Assembly (NCBI GenBank): GCA_964016885.1
Contig: OZ024740.1
Span: 351,850,001-351,914,000, forward strand
Source: Eledone cirrhosa
Lineage: Eukaryota
DNA length: 64,000 bases
Direction of reading: 5' to 3'
In this document: in pieces, positions 16,162 through 30,112 of the stretch
Layout: each line of letters begins with the position of its first letter
How positions within the stretch are numbered: position 1 is the first letter of the stretch
The notes under the pieces: generated by a model
Databases searched by the model: none
Told to the model about the DNA's origin: nothing
Seen by the model: the letters and a program-made list of their open reading frames with translations, nothing else
Program-made: the position numbers and the translations under genes

Positions 16162-17479
16162 CTAAATTTGCATTCTAATTTTTTATGTATCATTCTTTTT
16201 CCTCTCCCTGTCTTTCACAATGTGTCATAGTCTCATTCTGTTCCAATAATTTCCTTGAATCTCTCCCTCTCTCTCTTTTTCTCTCTTTCACTCACATGCA
16301 CACATTCTCCATCTTGTTTTCCAATAAAACTGTACAAAATAGTATGATGCAGATACAGAAGGTCAAAAACGGTGGGTTATTGTTGCTAGCCGTGAACAAG
16401 CAAGGATAATAACTCAAGTCAGACATCACTACAATTATGCTAACATGATTGTATTTGGTGTCAGTTAGATTGTTTATTTATCACAAAGAGAAAAATAGAA
16501 GTAAAAGTTCTGATTCACGGAAAATAAAAACTGCTAACACATTTTACTATTTTCCACAGAAAATATTCAATTTACTCTCATAAATCATTATGATCTTCAG
16601 TGATGAAAATCTTACTGCCTTCAATGTCACAAAGCTGACAGTATGATGTGCTACATACACATTCAGCATTTTGTGCCAGAAATACTTAGTCTTGACGTAG
16701 TACAATTATATATTATGTTGGGTTTCAGGAATCATTATAGTTTTCAATGCTACAAACATAGTCTCAAAATTACAATTTCTCACATTGACAATTATGAACC
16801 TAATTAATGTCAACTTTCCTTTGTTGGGCATGGATTCAATATCTATGTAATGATGCGTAGTATAAAGCAACTTGTTTCTGCATGATTTCATGTGAAAATC
16901 AGAGTCTTCTAAAGCCCATCCTACTACTGACCCTCAAAGTCATCTTTCGCCTATTACTTCATATATCCCCATGACCATCTTCAGAAACACAGAGTTATGG
17001 TGCCAAACGCATAATCAAGTGTATATGGAGGATACACTGGTACAAACTGGAAATGTAAATGGATGGTAGATGGAAATGTGTGTAGCAATCATTTAAAAGC
17101 ATAACAATATTTTTAAAATCAATATCAACTGTTTTAATTTAGATGATATTAGATATTATAAGAAGTTATATGAGATGAGAGCAAGAGTCAGTGGGATTGT
17201 TACAGTTCTCTGTTACAAATATTATTATATAATATATTCTATATACTATTATACATAAAAATATATAATCTGGTAAATATTTCTGACAGCAAGGTGAATA
17301 GGGACATGAAGGATTAAGTGTACTGTTCAAATATATAACAAAATACATGAAGTATTTTTGAGCTCAGCATCCAATAAAATATACAGTAGGATCTGAGGAA
17401 ACTAGAGATGGTCTACATCATCATTTAGTGAATATAAATAATTCAAATATGGAATAAATTGATTTGCAGTGAGAAAGAG

Positions 17480-17800
17480 TGTGTATTGCGTATTGGACCT
17501 TTGTCAGTTCCAACAATGATTTCTCTGGTTGTTCAAACAAGCGGCTCATTAAATTAATGTGCAAGTGACTCATCATTCCACAGACACGTGCACCCTTTAC
17601 ATAGTTCTCAAAGATATTCAATGTAACACAGTGAGTGACAAGGCTGGCCTTTTGAATTTACATGTTCAACTCATTTTTACCAACTAAGTGGACTGTAGCA
17701 ACATGAAATAAAGTGTGTTTTTTAAGGACACAATACAAGCCAAGTATCAAATTCATAACCTTATGATTGTGTGATGAATTCCCTAATCACTCAGCCATGT
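17480..17800 (-). mobile_element. Degenerate tRNA-derived SINE
   Basis: Reverse CORE-like head (CAACATGAAATAAAGTG...TCACTCAGCCATG); body similar to the inverse of 30125-30280. Confidence 0.6.
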
Positions 17801-20800
17801 ATTTCAGGAAGAGTACAACATTCCCATATAATATTCCTTTATATGGACATGCCTCTTGTACAGCAAGAGGCATATCCAACCTTACCACACTTCAACAAAA
17901 ATAATGTTCTGAGGAAAATTCTGACATTTTGGAGAGAACTTTTTACCAATATCGAAAAGTTTACTCATTTGATCATCGTTATGTATTTATGAGAAATTAT
18001 ATATGAAAAAAGAAATTAAATAAATTAGTGTTCTATTTTATCCATGGCAAATATTTACAGCTGGATGACATTTATGTCACCAACCCAGACTTAACAGTAT
18101 TCTGGGTGTAAAGATATATGCACAAACACACACTTTCATACAAATGGCAGGCTTCTACATAGTTTCTGTCTACCAAATTCATTTACAAGGCACTGATCAA
18201 TGCAAAGTTATAATGGAACTGAACCTGAAACCATATGCTTTAGAAGTGAACTTCTAAATTGCATAATTGGTAGTACTTAAAAGTACTGAAAACTACAGAC
18301 TCTATGTGTCTTTCTTTACTTAATACAACAACAAGCATTTAAAGACCATAAAGAAGGGGCTTGCTTTGAAGGCCCCATGATAGGTTTCATACTCATCATG
18401 GGATTTTTTAAGGTCCTCTTGATGCTAAACCTTTTAATTGCCTCCTACAACATGCAGAAATACAGTGTACCTATTCTAAACCAGATACACACACACAGAC
18501 AAGTTCTTTACTTAATATAAAAATAAAATAAAACAAAACAGAAAAGGAAAGCAAAATAAGATGTAAATGATTATTTTGATGATAAAAATACAGAATTATT
18601 ATTATTGTTATTTTTCTTACCTTTATCGTCCAGAAAACTTTTTCGGTTTCTCTGGACACATGAAAACATTGTGCTAGTTATGTAATGTTCCAGATCATAA
18701 CAGAGGATTACAGAACAAGGAAACACAGTCCATTTGCAATTACATTAGATATATATACTGATCTGGAGAACAGAGATGACAAGTAGGATTTCTTGGAAGT
18801 CATTGCCAAGAAACTATTTTCAGTATATATTAAAAAGTTTTGATAAGGTTCTTACTAAGATTCTTTAGTTTGGCAAATAGAAAGAAACTCAAAGTGAAAC
18901 CCTGCAAATATACCAATAAAAGTTTATTGATATTATGAGAAAATCCAGAGATTTCTAGTAAAATTATAACATTAAAAAAATGTACCATTTTATTACTACT
19001 ATTATTATTACCACCACTACTACTACTACCACTACTACTATATATCTACTATATTCCTCTTCGGTCATGCAATACTTCTCTCATTATTAATACAATATAT
19101 TTCATATATTAATATATGTTTGTATGAGCCTCACAACTATCTTTATATATAGTTCTATCCTGATATACATATATATATATATATATACATATGAGAGTGT
19201 GTGTGTATATATATATATTTCTTGTTATTTGTATTCTATCATCTTGTACTGGTGCTAATGTTTTCTTTTTTTTGTAGCTATTGAGGAAAATAATTAATAA
19301 CCATCATCATCATCATCATTATTATTTATTATTATTATTACTATTATTATTATAAATTCAGTAGTCCTATTTCAATTGCGTGCTTTCAGCTGTATTTTCA
19401 TTTTTCGTTTTCAGGAATTTAAAACTTAGAAAAAAGTGAAGAAAAAGATGGTTAAATATTTATAGTAGTTAGTACAATGATAGACATCTCAGAATTAATT
19501 AAGATATATTGAAAGATGAAAAATTATCATCCAATTAAATATGAAAGATTTACTTTTGATGTGTATATATTCTCTACAGCTATACAACAATGACAATGAA
19601 ATGTTCATTCAATTTAAACTTTAACAAGTAAAACTAGTATTGAACAATGTAAATTTCTTTGGTTTGAAAATTGTTGTTGTTACTGATGTTGATGTTGTTG
19701 GTATTGCAGTAGAAGTGATGTTACTCTTAGTGTATTTGAATTCTTCAAAATCGAAATGAGTTTAATGCAAAATAAGATGAATAAACTAAATGATTTCAAT
19801 TAGTTTGTAAATACATTAAGTTTGACTTTCAAATTCATTATATTTGCCTATCTAACATTACCACCCAATCATTTTCTTAAGGCATGGTGTCTCTAGTGAA
19901 AGTGTATGACCTAGTGGTTAGGGTGTTGTGCTCACAAATATAAGTTTGTTGTTTTGATTCCTGGTCCAGGCTACATGTGTCCTTGAGCAAGACATTTCAT
20001 TTAACATTGCTCCAGTCCACTCAGTTTGTACTTTAAATTGCTGAATGCCAATGAAACCAGAGTAAACTTTGACCTGATGAGTCTCTAACATTGGAACAGA
20101 CTTTAACTAAAATGAAAAATAACATATATAAGCCTATGCTAGCCTTTTTCAAGATGGCAAGGTATGATTCAAGGGGGTGGTTTAGCTGCTATTTCTAGGT
20201 CAAGTAAACATGGAGAGATTTCCTCATTGGCTTATGTATATCTATATATATATATATATATATATTATATGTGTTTACAATTTTTCCAAGGCAGCTATAG
20301 ACTGGTTAATGAACAGTAAAAGATACAAATGTTTGCTATATTTTTCATCAAGGTACATCACTATACAAAGGAAATATTGTTTAGACAATAAATAAGAATA
20401 ACTTGACTCATATATTCCCCAGAGGAATTAATCAAAGACTGCCAACATTAAGCCCAACATTTATTTTTAGATATTTTACATTGCAACTGGATCACAACTG
20501 GTAAACAATGTCACATTTACACTTCAAAACTGAGATGTCAATGTGGAAGAATTTAATCCTGGACTAAATCATATTATATATATATATGTGTGTGTGTGAA
20601 CCTAATACCACTGTTTGTACTGCACTCTTCGTTATTGTTTTTGTTTTTAACTTATATATATATATATCAGCTGAAACATGTGTTAGTTTAAAAGCATATT
20701 GACTCTTTGGTGCTTCTTAATCTTTATATATATATATAAGGGGAATCTACTGCTAAGTATAGTTGATCAATACATTTCGACCCGTGTATGTAATTCTGAC

Positions 20801-21041
20801 AACCTTACATATGTTCCTGGATGGCTAAAATAAACTAAAGAACATATAACATACACAAGCAGAAATATAGTGTGTGTATATGTATATAATAGCACTTCTT
20901 ACTCCATTATATTTTCATTGAATATAATAAGAAAGGAAAAATATATAACCTCAAATCATGTAGCTTTAAACATGTGTATAGGCATTTCTGTGTGCATGTA
21001 TATGGGTAGATGTTAGTGTGTATTGCTCTGTAAATGTTTGA

Positions 21042-21094
<53 letters not shown>

Positions 21095-21702
21095 TATATA
21101 TGTATTATATATATATATATATAATACAAATGATTATATATGTATTATATATATGTAATACATATGATTATATATGTATTATATATATGTAATACATATG
21201 ATTATATATGTATTATATAATTATATAATTATATATACATTACTTTGTTTGAAGTGTGTACATAAAGGTGTTGTTATATATTTGGGTGGGTTACTCTAAT
21301 AAAAACTATAATAAAGGAAAGCTTAATGTGAAACAAAAGAGGAAAAACATCTAGTAAATATTTATACAGCCCTGTTGATAAGATATGCCAGATGATCAAG
21401 AAGTAGCAATAATGTCAACAAGTAGAAACTCAAAAGTAAAGTACCAAAGTGGGAAAAAAAGACTTGCTCTCCTACCATAATTTTCAGTTGTTTAATTAAT
21501 CAATATATTCAGATGTGAAAAAAAACAACAAATATTTCCTCTTTCCTTACCATATGTCTGTGTGTGTGTGTGTGCAGCAAAAATATCAACAATATATATA
21601 TATCTATATATATGTGTGTGTATGTGGAAAATAATATCAACTGTATCTATATATATGTGTGTATGTGTGTGTGGAAAATAATATCAACAATATATATATA
21701 TA

Positions 21703-22040
21703 GCACATGGAGGCACATGGCTTAGTGGTTAGAGCATTGGCCTTGCAATCGAAAGGTTGTGAGTTCAATTCTCAGACCGGGTGATGTGTTGTTTCCCTGA
21801 GCAAGACACTTTATTTCACATTGCTCCAGTTTACTCAGCTGTAGAAATGAGATGATAGGGACTGGGTTCCCTATCATTCCACTACAAAGTAGACGTGTAG
21901 GCGCCACGGCAAAAAAGCACCCAGCACTCACTGTAAATGAGGTTGGTGTTAGGAAGGGCATCCAGCTGTAGAAATCACGCCAGAATCAGTTCCCGTCTCA
22001 CCCTTGCAAGCAGGGAAAAGCGGACGTAAAATGAAATGAT
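21703..22040 (+). mobile_element. Full-length young tRNA/CORE-like/RTE-tail SINE
   Basis: A and B boxes, CORE-like centre, RTE-type tail; near-identical to 788-1112; flanked by (TA)n. Confidence 0.9.
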
Positions 22041-22041
22041 G

Positions 22042-22073
<32 letters not shown>

Positions 22074-22846
22074 ATGTGTATGTATGTATATATATATATA
22101 TATGTGTGTGTGTATGTGTATGTATGTATATATATATATATATATATGTGTGTATGTGTGTGTGTATGTATGTGTATGTATATATATATATATATGTGCG
22201 AATGTGTATGTATGTATATATATATAAATATATATATATTTGTGTGTGTATGTATACGTGAGATTCCAAATTTTTTAAGATTAATCCGCGTGACTAAAAG
22301 AACTGCTTCATTAAGTCTTCATTAATTCTCATCAAAGAATTTCAGTCTCTCTGTTTTGTTTTGTTTTACAATACTTCTTGCATTTTTCTTTGTTTTTCTT
22401 TTTGTCAGCCTTTTTTCAGGTATTCTTTTTTCCTGTGTTTTCTTTTATAAAAATGTAAACAAACAAAATATAATGTATAAATAATAAATGCCAGTATTTC
22501 ATAATGTATTTTTTTCACTTATATATTATATTCTTTCCGGGTTTGGAAGGGTTTGTTTGTTTGTTTGAGGTTTTGCTTGTTTTTTTATGAGTAATGTTTG
22601 TATTTGTTTTATATTCTCTATCACTTCTATACATTTTACGCTTTCATCCTCAAAATTTGCCATAGAAATTATATGATATGGAAAATTCCAGCTGTAAATT
22701 TAATCCAAGGCAGCACCATAAGAATGGAAAGTAAAGTGCTTTGAAAAAAAATCTAATCAGAAAATAAAAATAAACCAAAAAATTAACACCCAAATTCTTT
22801 ACAGAACACACACATATGTAAATCATTAAGTTTCTTTATATATATA

Positions 22847-22877
<31 letters not shown>

Positions 22878-23304
22878 ATAGCCATGCAGAAACGTTTATG
22901 AGTGTGTCTATATGTATAGGGTGTATATAAAGAACTCTTTTAAATGATTTACATTGAAAGGCCAAAAGGCAAAATAGAAATGAAGAAAAAAAAATAGAAA
23001 TTAAAACTAGTCTTCACTCCCAACACTTGTTAGATTCTATAAACAGTGTGAGCAGAATAATTTCCTGTTGTGTGTGGTGTTTGCAGTGTACTATATTCAG
23101 GCCAGTCATGGGCCAGTCGTATAACCAACCATAGAGTCATTTACTAAAGACAAACAGACAGAGTGTCTCAAATAAAAATAAAATAAAAAATAAAATACAC
23201 CAAAACCTCAGTAGATAAAAGATATAGTTAAAAGTGTTTTCAAATGTCAAACACAGATTTAAACATGTCTACATGTATGTTCAGACACACACACAAACAC
23301 ACTT

Positions 23305-23337
<33 letters not shown>

Positions 23338-23414
23338 CTGTATACACAAACAAAAGAAACAGTACAAAATAAACACAGATATTAGTGAAGAAATATAAAG
23401 ATGAACGTATGTGT

Positions 23415-23960
23415 GTCATCATCATTTTAAATCTGCTTCTCTATTTGCATGGGTTGGACAAGTATTTTCTAGTACAGCTTCCTATCATTTGTAGAAGGCT
23501 TTTGCCATCTTCTTCTTGAAGTTAGGCATCTTGAGATCAGTATCCACTTCTTCCCATTTCTTCCTCTTCTGCAAGATCATTAACCCTTTAACATTAACAG
23601 GGCTTTATATATACTATTGTATTTTCGTGATAAAGACTTTATCTAACATAATATCAAATCTACGAGATTTTGATATTATTTACTTTGAGAACAATACCTT
23701 AACATCAGTATGAGTGGCCAGTGACAGCCGGTTTGAACAGAAAGAGGTGAGAGAATTCTAGCCAGATATGGCTGATTTAAATGCTAAAAGGTTAAACCTA
23801 GATGGCTTGGTACCTGTCATCTACATTCATCTTCCATATGCATCACAGTTTTTTTACTTCCGTGCATGCTACACCTTATTTTTCTTCTATCAAGTATTTT
23901 TCTTAGCTCATTTCTGCTCTACATTACACATCCAGTGGAGCAAGCTTGATTCATTTGTTT
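23415..23960 (-). mobile_element. Decayed RTE LINE 3' end interrupted by a MITE
   Basis: Tail motif GCATGGGTTGGAC at ~23448 and CACATCCAGTGGAGCA (LHWMC) at ~23930 match RTE copies. Confidence 0.6.
23584..23791. mobile_element. piggyBac-like MITE
   Basis: TTAA on both sides (23580-83, 23792-95); TIRs CCCTTTAACATT / AATGCTAAAAGG. Confidence 0.8.
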
Positions 23961-24004
23961 TCTACCATTCTAAATCCTCCACATCCGACATTTAGCTATC
24001 ATTC

Positions 24005-24330
24005 AACAAGTCCATCCTGTAAGGTGGTTGTGCTGCTGACACAACAAAAAAGCACCCAGTCCACACTGTTGGGTGGTCATGCTGGTACCATGACTAAAAC
24101 GTACCTAGTCCACCCTATTAGGTGGTCGTTCTGGCGGCATGATAAAAGGCACCCAGTCCATGCTGTGATGTGGTTGGTGTTAGGAAGAGCACCCAGCCAT
24201 AGAAACCAAACCAAAAACAAATCCGTTTAAGCAAGACATGGTCACCTTACCTGACTAGTCACATAACGTGATAACCCATGTAACTCATGTAAACATGGAA
24301 AATAGATACTAAATGATGATGATGATAATG
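24005..24330 (+). mobile_element. Non-autonomous RTE-tailed element with tandem ~50-bp modules
   Basis: About 4 repeats of GCACCCAGTCCACNCTGT..GGTGGTCGTGCTGG, then TTAGGAAGAGCACCCAGCC and (GAT)n tail. Confidence 0.7.
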
Positions 24331-26025
24331 ACCACAACACTACCAACATTGGTACAATGAAAGGTAGATTAGGTGAAATTATAGAGATTCTAGAGTAGAG
24401 ATAAATGAATGTACTGTATGCAAGATGTGAGGTAGAGAGGTGTCTCAACCAAACTCATTTCAGTCAAAGACTGCAGGTATAAATTCTTTTGAATAGGAAA
24501 CAATGAAGGAGTAGGCTGGGTGGGCACATTATTGGCAGAGAAACTAAAATATCTAAAGAATCATTTTTTTAAAATTCAATTGATATTGCCATGATGGATG
24601 AATATTGAAATCACTATGTTAGCACAAATCTATATGAGTAATAGCAATGAGACATTGAACATATAATGTTATTCGGAGGTTGACCTTTAACATTAGATAT
24701 AGTTAAGCACATTTCCCTGTTCATATTACACATTGTTAAGTAAGTAGTCCATTCAAGTTAAATAAAATCTGACAAATAATATTTTTAAATCTAATACAAT
24801 CCGACATATGGTATATTCAAATTACATATTTCCAGACAGACACATAACAAAGACAAACCAAATCTTGACTACCACAAAGTACATTCAGCCTTAATATGGC
24901 CTACTGTGTCAAATTAACTTTGAATTGGGGAAACTAGTAAACTCAGGCTAAAGCTACATTATTTCAACAATAGCATTACAACAATTTCTAAAAGTTTTAT
25001 TCTATTAGTGTTAGAAAAAGTTCCAAAATATTTATTTTATTTTATATTGTAATTGGTAAAGAATAGCAGCATGGATCACAGGTTTCCAACAGGACAATTA
25101 CTGATTCACTGCATTTATGATAGTGAAAGGAAAAGGGGAGTATTTGTAACTTGACACAGAATAAATATTTCAAGGGACTTCATTTATAGAACATATTTTT
25201 TCCAGATATGAAAGATACATACATATGCATGCACATATACACAAACACCCACACACACTCTCTCTCTCATACATATATATACACAAACAGACACACACAC
25301 ATATGTGTCTCTGTGTGAGTGTGTACTACCGCCTCACTCACAGGCACCGGCCTATAGATGTCCAAGCAAAACATCAACCACATGAAACTCACCAATCTAG
25401 GAGACTCTGAAAAGATCATGTACACTGCTCTTCCTTTGACTAGCATATTTCAAGAAAGTAAATGAATAAAAAGAGGGGTATATGCAGCCCCTGTAAGTTA
25501 CAGAGAATGCAGCCCATCTAGGAGAGCAGTCTGCATAAATAAGACTATATGGAGTAGAATATGGCTCCATAAGCTGTGGAGAAGGCAGTTCATCTAGGTC
25601 TCTTTGAATAAATAAGACAACATGGACTATATGTATATCATAGTGAAGGCAAAAACTGACACAGGTCGAAAGGACTCTTCAGAAAACCTCTCTAGTGCTG
25701 GTCACTTGATAAAATGCACCCACTTAATGCTGTAAAGTGGTTGATGACAGGAAAAGCATCCAACCAGAAAAATCCTGTCAAAAATTATGGAATCAATATC
25801 ATCATTGCCCAAGTCATGCAAACATGGAAAAGCAGACATAAAAAGGAAGACAGTGATAATGGTCATCCCACAGACAAACTAAGATTGAATTAGAGTGCCT
25901 AGGAAGCTAACATTCTGCAAATCTTTCAGAACACACACACCACTGTAGAAAAGCTGTTCTCTTGTCACTTTTACTGATAAATACAGTGAACTAATAACTG
26001 GCCTACTTTCATAAAGTGGAATATA

Positions 26026-26224
26026 TGAGGGCAGGCTGAAAAGTTCATAGGCTGACTATGAAGGAGTGATGCTAGGGCTCTGAAATCTTGCATGTTTTAA
26101 TCTCAATTATTATTAATAACTGCATTGCTTTTTTCCAGGGACTATGTATGTTGGAAAATAAACCTCATTTTGTCATTCCATGAGAGTATCTTCATCAGCT
26201 TATGAACTTTCCAACAATCCCTCA
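26026..26224. mobile_element. Mariner-type MITE
   Basis: TA flanks; TIRs TGAGGGCAGGCTGAAAAGTTCATAGGCTGA / TCAGCTTATGAACTTTCCAACAATCCCTCA. Confidence 0.82.
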
Positions 26225-27150
26225 TAAGATATAGATATAAATAAATTTCTTGTAGAGGTAAAGGAAGACCAATGAAATAAGTATTAATGATTTACTGGAC
26301 TTGATGCAATAAACTGTAGATTCTTTTTAAAAACTTTTGTTATTATATTTCTATTGAAATACTCTAAGATTTTAAAATAATTTTTTAAATAATCAAGAAT
26401 TTGGAGGAGCTTAGCAACATAACTAACTTTCCCCATTATTAAGTTGGTCTTTGGAACATAACTTAAAGTTTCTATCATAGAATTATGATAGAAGGTTCAG
26501 TATCAAATGGCTTCAATGTTAACCATTTGCCTAATCATAAATTATTATATTTGTACTATTAAGTGACAAATTTTACAAGAATAAATTATCTGGAAATCCC
26601 ACCATGTATGTGCTTTGAAATTCTGCTAGGACTCTTATTTCAGAGATATAGTTTTAGCAAAAAACAATAGGAAGTTAACAATAACAATATAAAAACAAAC
26701 ATATAACATTCATAATTTATAAGTTCACTTTAGTGAATAATGTCCATGCTAAGAGACTAACAAGATTTTTATAACATAAGAACTTTACAACACACTTAGT
26801 AATTGTAAGAACAATAGGTACATGAGTGGGAGGACTGAGAAGGTTCAAGTGTATCTTTTAAGGAAATAGTTGTTGATGAATGAACTGAAGCTTAAGTTAA
26901 AAGACAAGAGCCTACTTTTGATAACATCTAGACAAAATCTTCAATTGGTTTCATTAAACATTCACAACACTTACACATACAGATGAATGAATAAATGAAT
27001 GCATGCAGGTACATTTACAAACACAACATTGCGATATTACTTGATATAAAGCCCTCAATGCTGATAACTGTAGGCAGCCATTTGTTCAAATCTGTATTCA
27101 ATATTGTTGTTGTTACAGCTCACATCTGCATAGGTTTAGATGGCCTATAA

Positions 27151-27328
27151 CAGGCATGTCAAACTGAGGGTCCCCTGAGGGCCATATGGGTCACATATGT
27201 GTTGTCTGAGGGCCACACATGACAACTAATTGTGCACATTACAACTAAGTTTTATATTTTATATTATGAAGATAAAACAGGCTCGCACTGCAAAAACCTC
27301 TGTGTGGGCCGCATGTTTGACATGCCTG
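27151..27328. mobile_element. hAT (Charlie-like) MITE
   Basis: Perfect 14-bp TIR CAGGCATGTCAAAC / GTTTGACATGCCTG; 8-bp TSD GCCTATAA / ACCTACAA (6/8 match). Confidence 0.88.
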
Positions 27329-28053
27329 ACCTACAAGATACAGTCTCAAATAAAGTTTCTAAAGATATTTTAAGATAGGGAACCCAGTCTACAATACTCA
27401 ATGTTAATGTAAGCCTCATTCAACTTAAGTATCATTCAACAACTGAAACTCAATGTACAAATCAAAGCTAGTTTCTTTTTTCTTTTTACTAATAAGTTTC
27501 AATAAAATTTCATTGAATATTAACCTAGTTGACTAAAACACTTTCTTTCACTCTCTCTATCTCTATCTCTCTCTATTTGTATTTGTCTTTTGCTCAGACT
27601 TACAAATAAAAATTTATATATCAAGTTATATATGAAGCTAATTACAAATCAATATAATGATGCCTTTCAATATCTGGTTTTCATCATTATCTATAATGAT
27701 GTTTGTTACAGTATATGTTCAAATGTTACGCTTTCAAAGGGAAATAACCCCATCTTGCCCTCAACTGTTATTTGTATCTGTTGTAATTAGACAGGCAGAC
27801 AGGGAAGCAGTAACAATTGCTATGATGGAGATGGCAACAACAAGAAAAAAATGTTGCAAGTTCTCAAGATATTATATACAATGAGGTTATGACCTAAATA
27901 TCAAAATTTTCTAATTTTATTAACTGGTATTTCAATATTTTTGGTAAATTTTTTACATCTGCTCCTTTTCAATAACCTCAATCTATTGTCTAGCTCATCT
28001 ATATTATTATTTTGCTTGTCATGGCATTTGTATATTTGAGTGTTATGCATTAA

Positions 28054-28286
28054 CCCTTTGCTACCATATTGCAAATGAAAGACACTGCCTATGATTTTCA
28101 AATAATTTGGAGGGATTTAGTAATATAACTAACTTTCTCATTGTTGTGCTGATGTTTAGAACATAACTTAAAGTTTCTTACATAAAACTAATATGGAAGA
28201 TTTTTAGATAAATATAAACACTTTAAAATAAACAATTTTGTATTATAAAAGCAGGGGCATGTTCAGGTGATTCGTTATCAAAAGGA
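28054..28286 (+). mobile_element. piggyBac-like MITE, family 2
   Basis: TTAA flanks, ends CCCTTTGCTACC / GTTATCAAAAGGA; related copies at 47173-47434 and inverted at 50122-50360. Confidence 0.75.
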
Positions 28287-28524
28287 TTAAACAGCTATAG
28301 AACAAAATCAAAGATATGATCGAAATAATCTTTAACATAAAATAAGTACAAGTGTTACACTTTAAACAACCTTAATAACTATGAATTGAAATCAAAGTCA
28401 TAATGAAATTCATCAATATAATGAAACAATATTCTATAACTTTATCCATCAAGATAGAAATAAGAAAATTTATAGAGCATGGAACACTCACAGGTCCTAC
28501 TAGTGTTTTTATTATTGTAAAGTA

Positions 28525-28740
28525 ACAACCGCAGATTGGCAGAATAATTAGAGTGTTGGACAAAATGCTTTGCAGTATTTAGTTATGACTATGTTCTGAG
28601 TTCAAATTCTGGTGAGGTCAACTTTGTCTTTCATTCTTCCAGGGTCCATAAAGCAAAGTACCAGTCAATTACCAGGGTTGATTTAATCAACTTTCCCCTT
28701 CTCCTTAAATTACCAGCCTTGTGCCTAAATTTTTGATATC
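28525..28740 (+). mobile_element. Meta-like SINE
   Basis: TGGCAGAATAATTAG A box, GAGTTCAAATTC B box, CTTTCATTCTTCCAGGGTCCATAAAGCAAAGTACCAG, CCTTGTGCCTAAA tail. Confidence 0.8.
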
Positions 28741-28743
28741 CAT

Positions 28744-29060
28744 ATGTCTAAGAACTGTGGACATACATACATAATCAGAAAACAGTACAGCTCCCATGAC
28801 TTTCGGAAACATTTATTCACACTCAGAGTTGCTGAAGCATGGAACAAACTACCTGCATCAGTTGTTAACTCCCGTGACACTGCATGCTTCAAAACCTCCA
28901 AGCTTGCTGAAATTCGCCAACACTACACCTGATATTCCCCCTCCATACACACGCACACATGTATATCATGACTCATACACTGTTCACTTTCCTGACTATA
29001 CATGCACGTTTGATGAGTTGTTGTGCACCTGAGCACTGTACACAATAATTTTCATTATAT
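28744..29060 (+). mobile_element. CR1-type LINE 3' fragment
   Basis: IRKQYSSHDFRKHLFTLRVAEAWNKLP plus 3' UTR matching 34257-34415. Confidence 0.9.
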
Positions 29061-29074
29061 TATTATTATTATTC

Positions 29075-29442
29075 TTTGAGTCTCAGTCATTGATGTTAGT
29101 TAACTGGAAAGTTTGTTGAAATGAATATCAAGCCACTACCTGCAGTCTCAGATATTCAGGACGTATCGGAGGGTTCTTGCTGTTCCCAGCAAGCATGCCT
29201 TTTGAAGCGTTCCAAAAAGCGTGAAGGGGCCAATTTTCTTTAACCATTCCTGGAAACGTTTTGAGATAGTACCTAGTGCGCCTATGACAATCGGGACCAC
29301 TTTGACTTCATGGCAGTTCCAAATCCTTTTTAACTCCCACTTTAAGTCCTGGTATCGGTTAATTTTATCCCTCTCCTTCTCTTGCACTCTCGTGTCGAAT
29401 GGGCAGGCCACATCCACAATCAGGCACAATCTTTTTTCTTTG
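29075..29442 (-). mobile_element. R4/Dong-clade LINE 3' fragment encoding a restriction-like endonuclease C-terminus
   Basis: ORF 29148-29429 CLIVDVACPFD..EKERDKINRYQDL..VVPIVIGALG..LQKACLLGTARTLRYVL is the typical R4/Dong RLE C-terminus; flanked by (ATT)n on both sides. Confidence 0.88.
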
Positions 29443-29944
29443 TTATTATTATTATTATTATAAATTTTGGTATTTAAGTACCAAAAATAGTTATAAGTTT
29501 TCTGAAAAAAAAACTGAGTCTATGACAGCTTCAGTTCATGTATGAATTTATTCTCCACCTTTCATGTTGCTTATGCTTTTATAGCAGACATGAACATTAC
29601 AACAATCACATCTTTTCTTTTAAAATATGTTAGGCTTCATGTGAATATGTGAAATAATTATTTCTAAGTTATGGTCAAGGTCAGGAATTTGAAAAAAGAA
29701 GATTGTTGATTAAAACAATCCTGGTACTTTGCAGGTATTTATTTGAGAGCTATTTAGTCACCTATCTACTCCTCAATATTCTGTTCTTGAGATTAATTTA
29801 GAAGTTTTTATATCATATATCAACATAAATCCTATGAATTAACAGAAATGATAGAAAATCAAACAATATCCAATTTTTTTATCTCTTGTTTTGAAAGCCA
29901 TCATTGTTAACATTGTCTTTCATTATTGTCATACCACTAAGATA

Positions 29945-30112
29945 GCATGCAGGCATGGTAAAGTGGTTAAGAAGTTTGCTTCACAATGATGAAGTCCTGT
30001 ATTCAATACCATTGAGTGGCATCATACGAAAGTGTCTTTTATAACAGCCTTGGGTTAGCCCAAGCCTTGTGAGTGAAATCAGATAAATAGATATTGTGTG
30101 GAAGCCCATTGA
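29945..30112 (+). mobile_element. Degenerate tRNA-derived SINE (third family)
   Basis: GCATGGTAAAGTGGTTAAGAAG head and CCAAGCCTTGTGAGTGAAAT...GAAGCCC body; inverse relatives at ~18140-18265 and ~49590-49745. Confidence 0.6.

Noticed and set aside
20640-20695. GAAACATGTGTT hammerhead 3' half
   Set aside because: No CUGANGA upstream.
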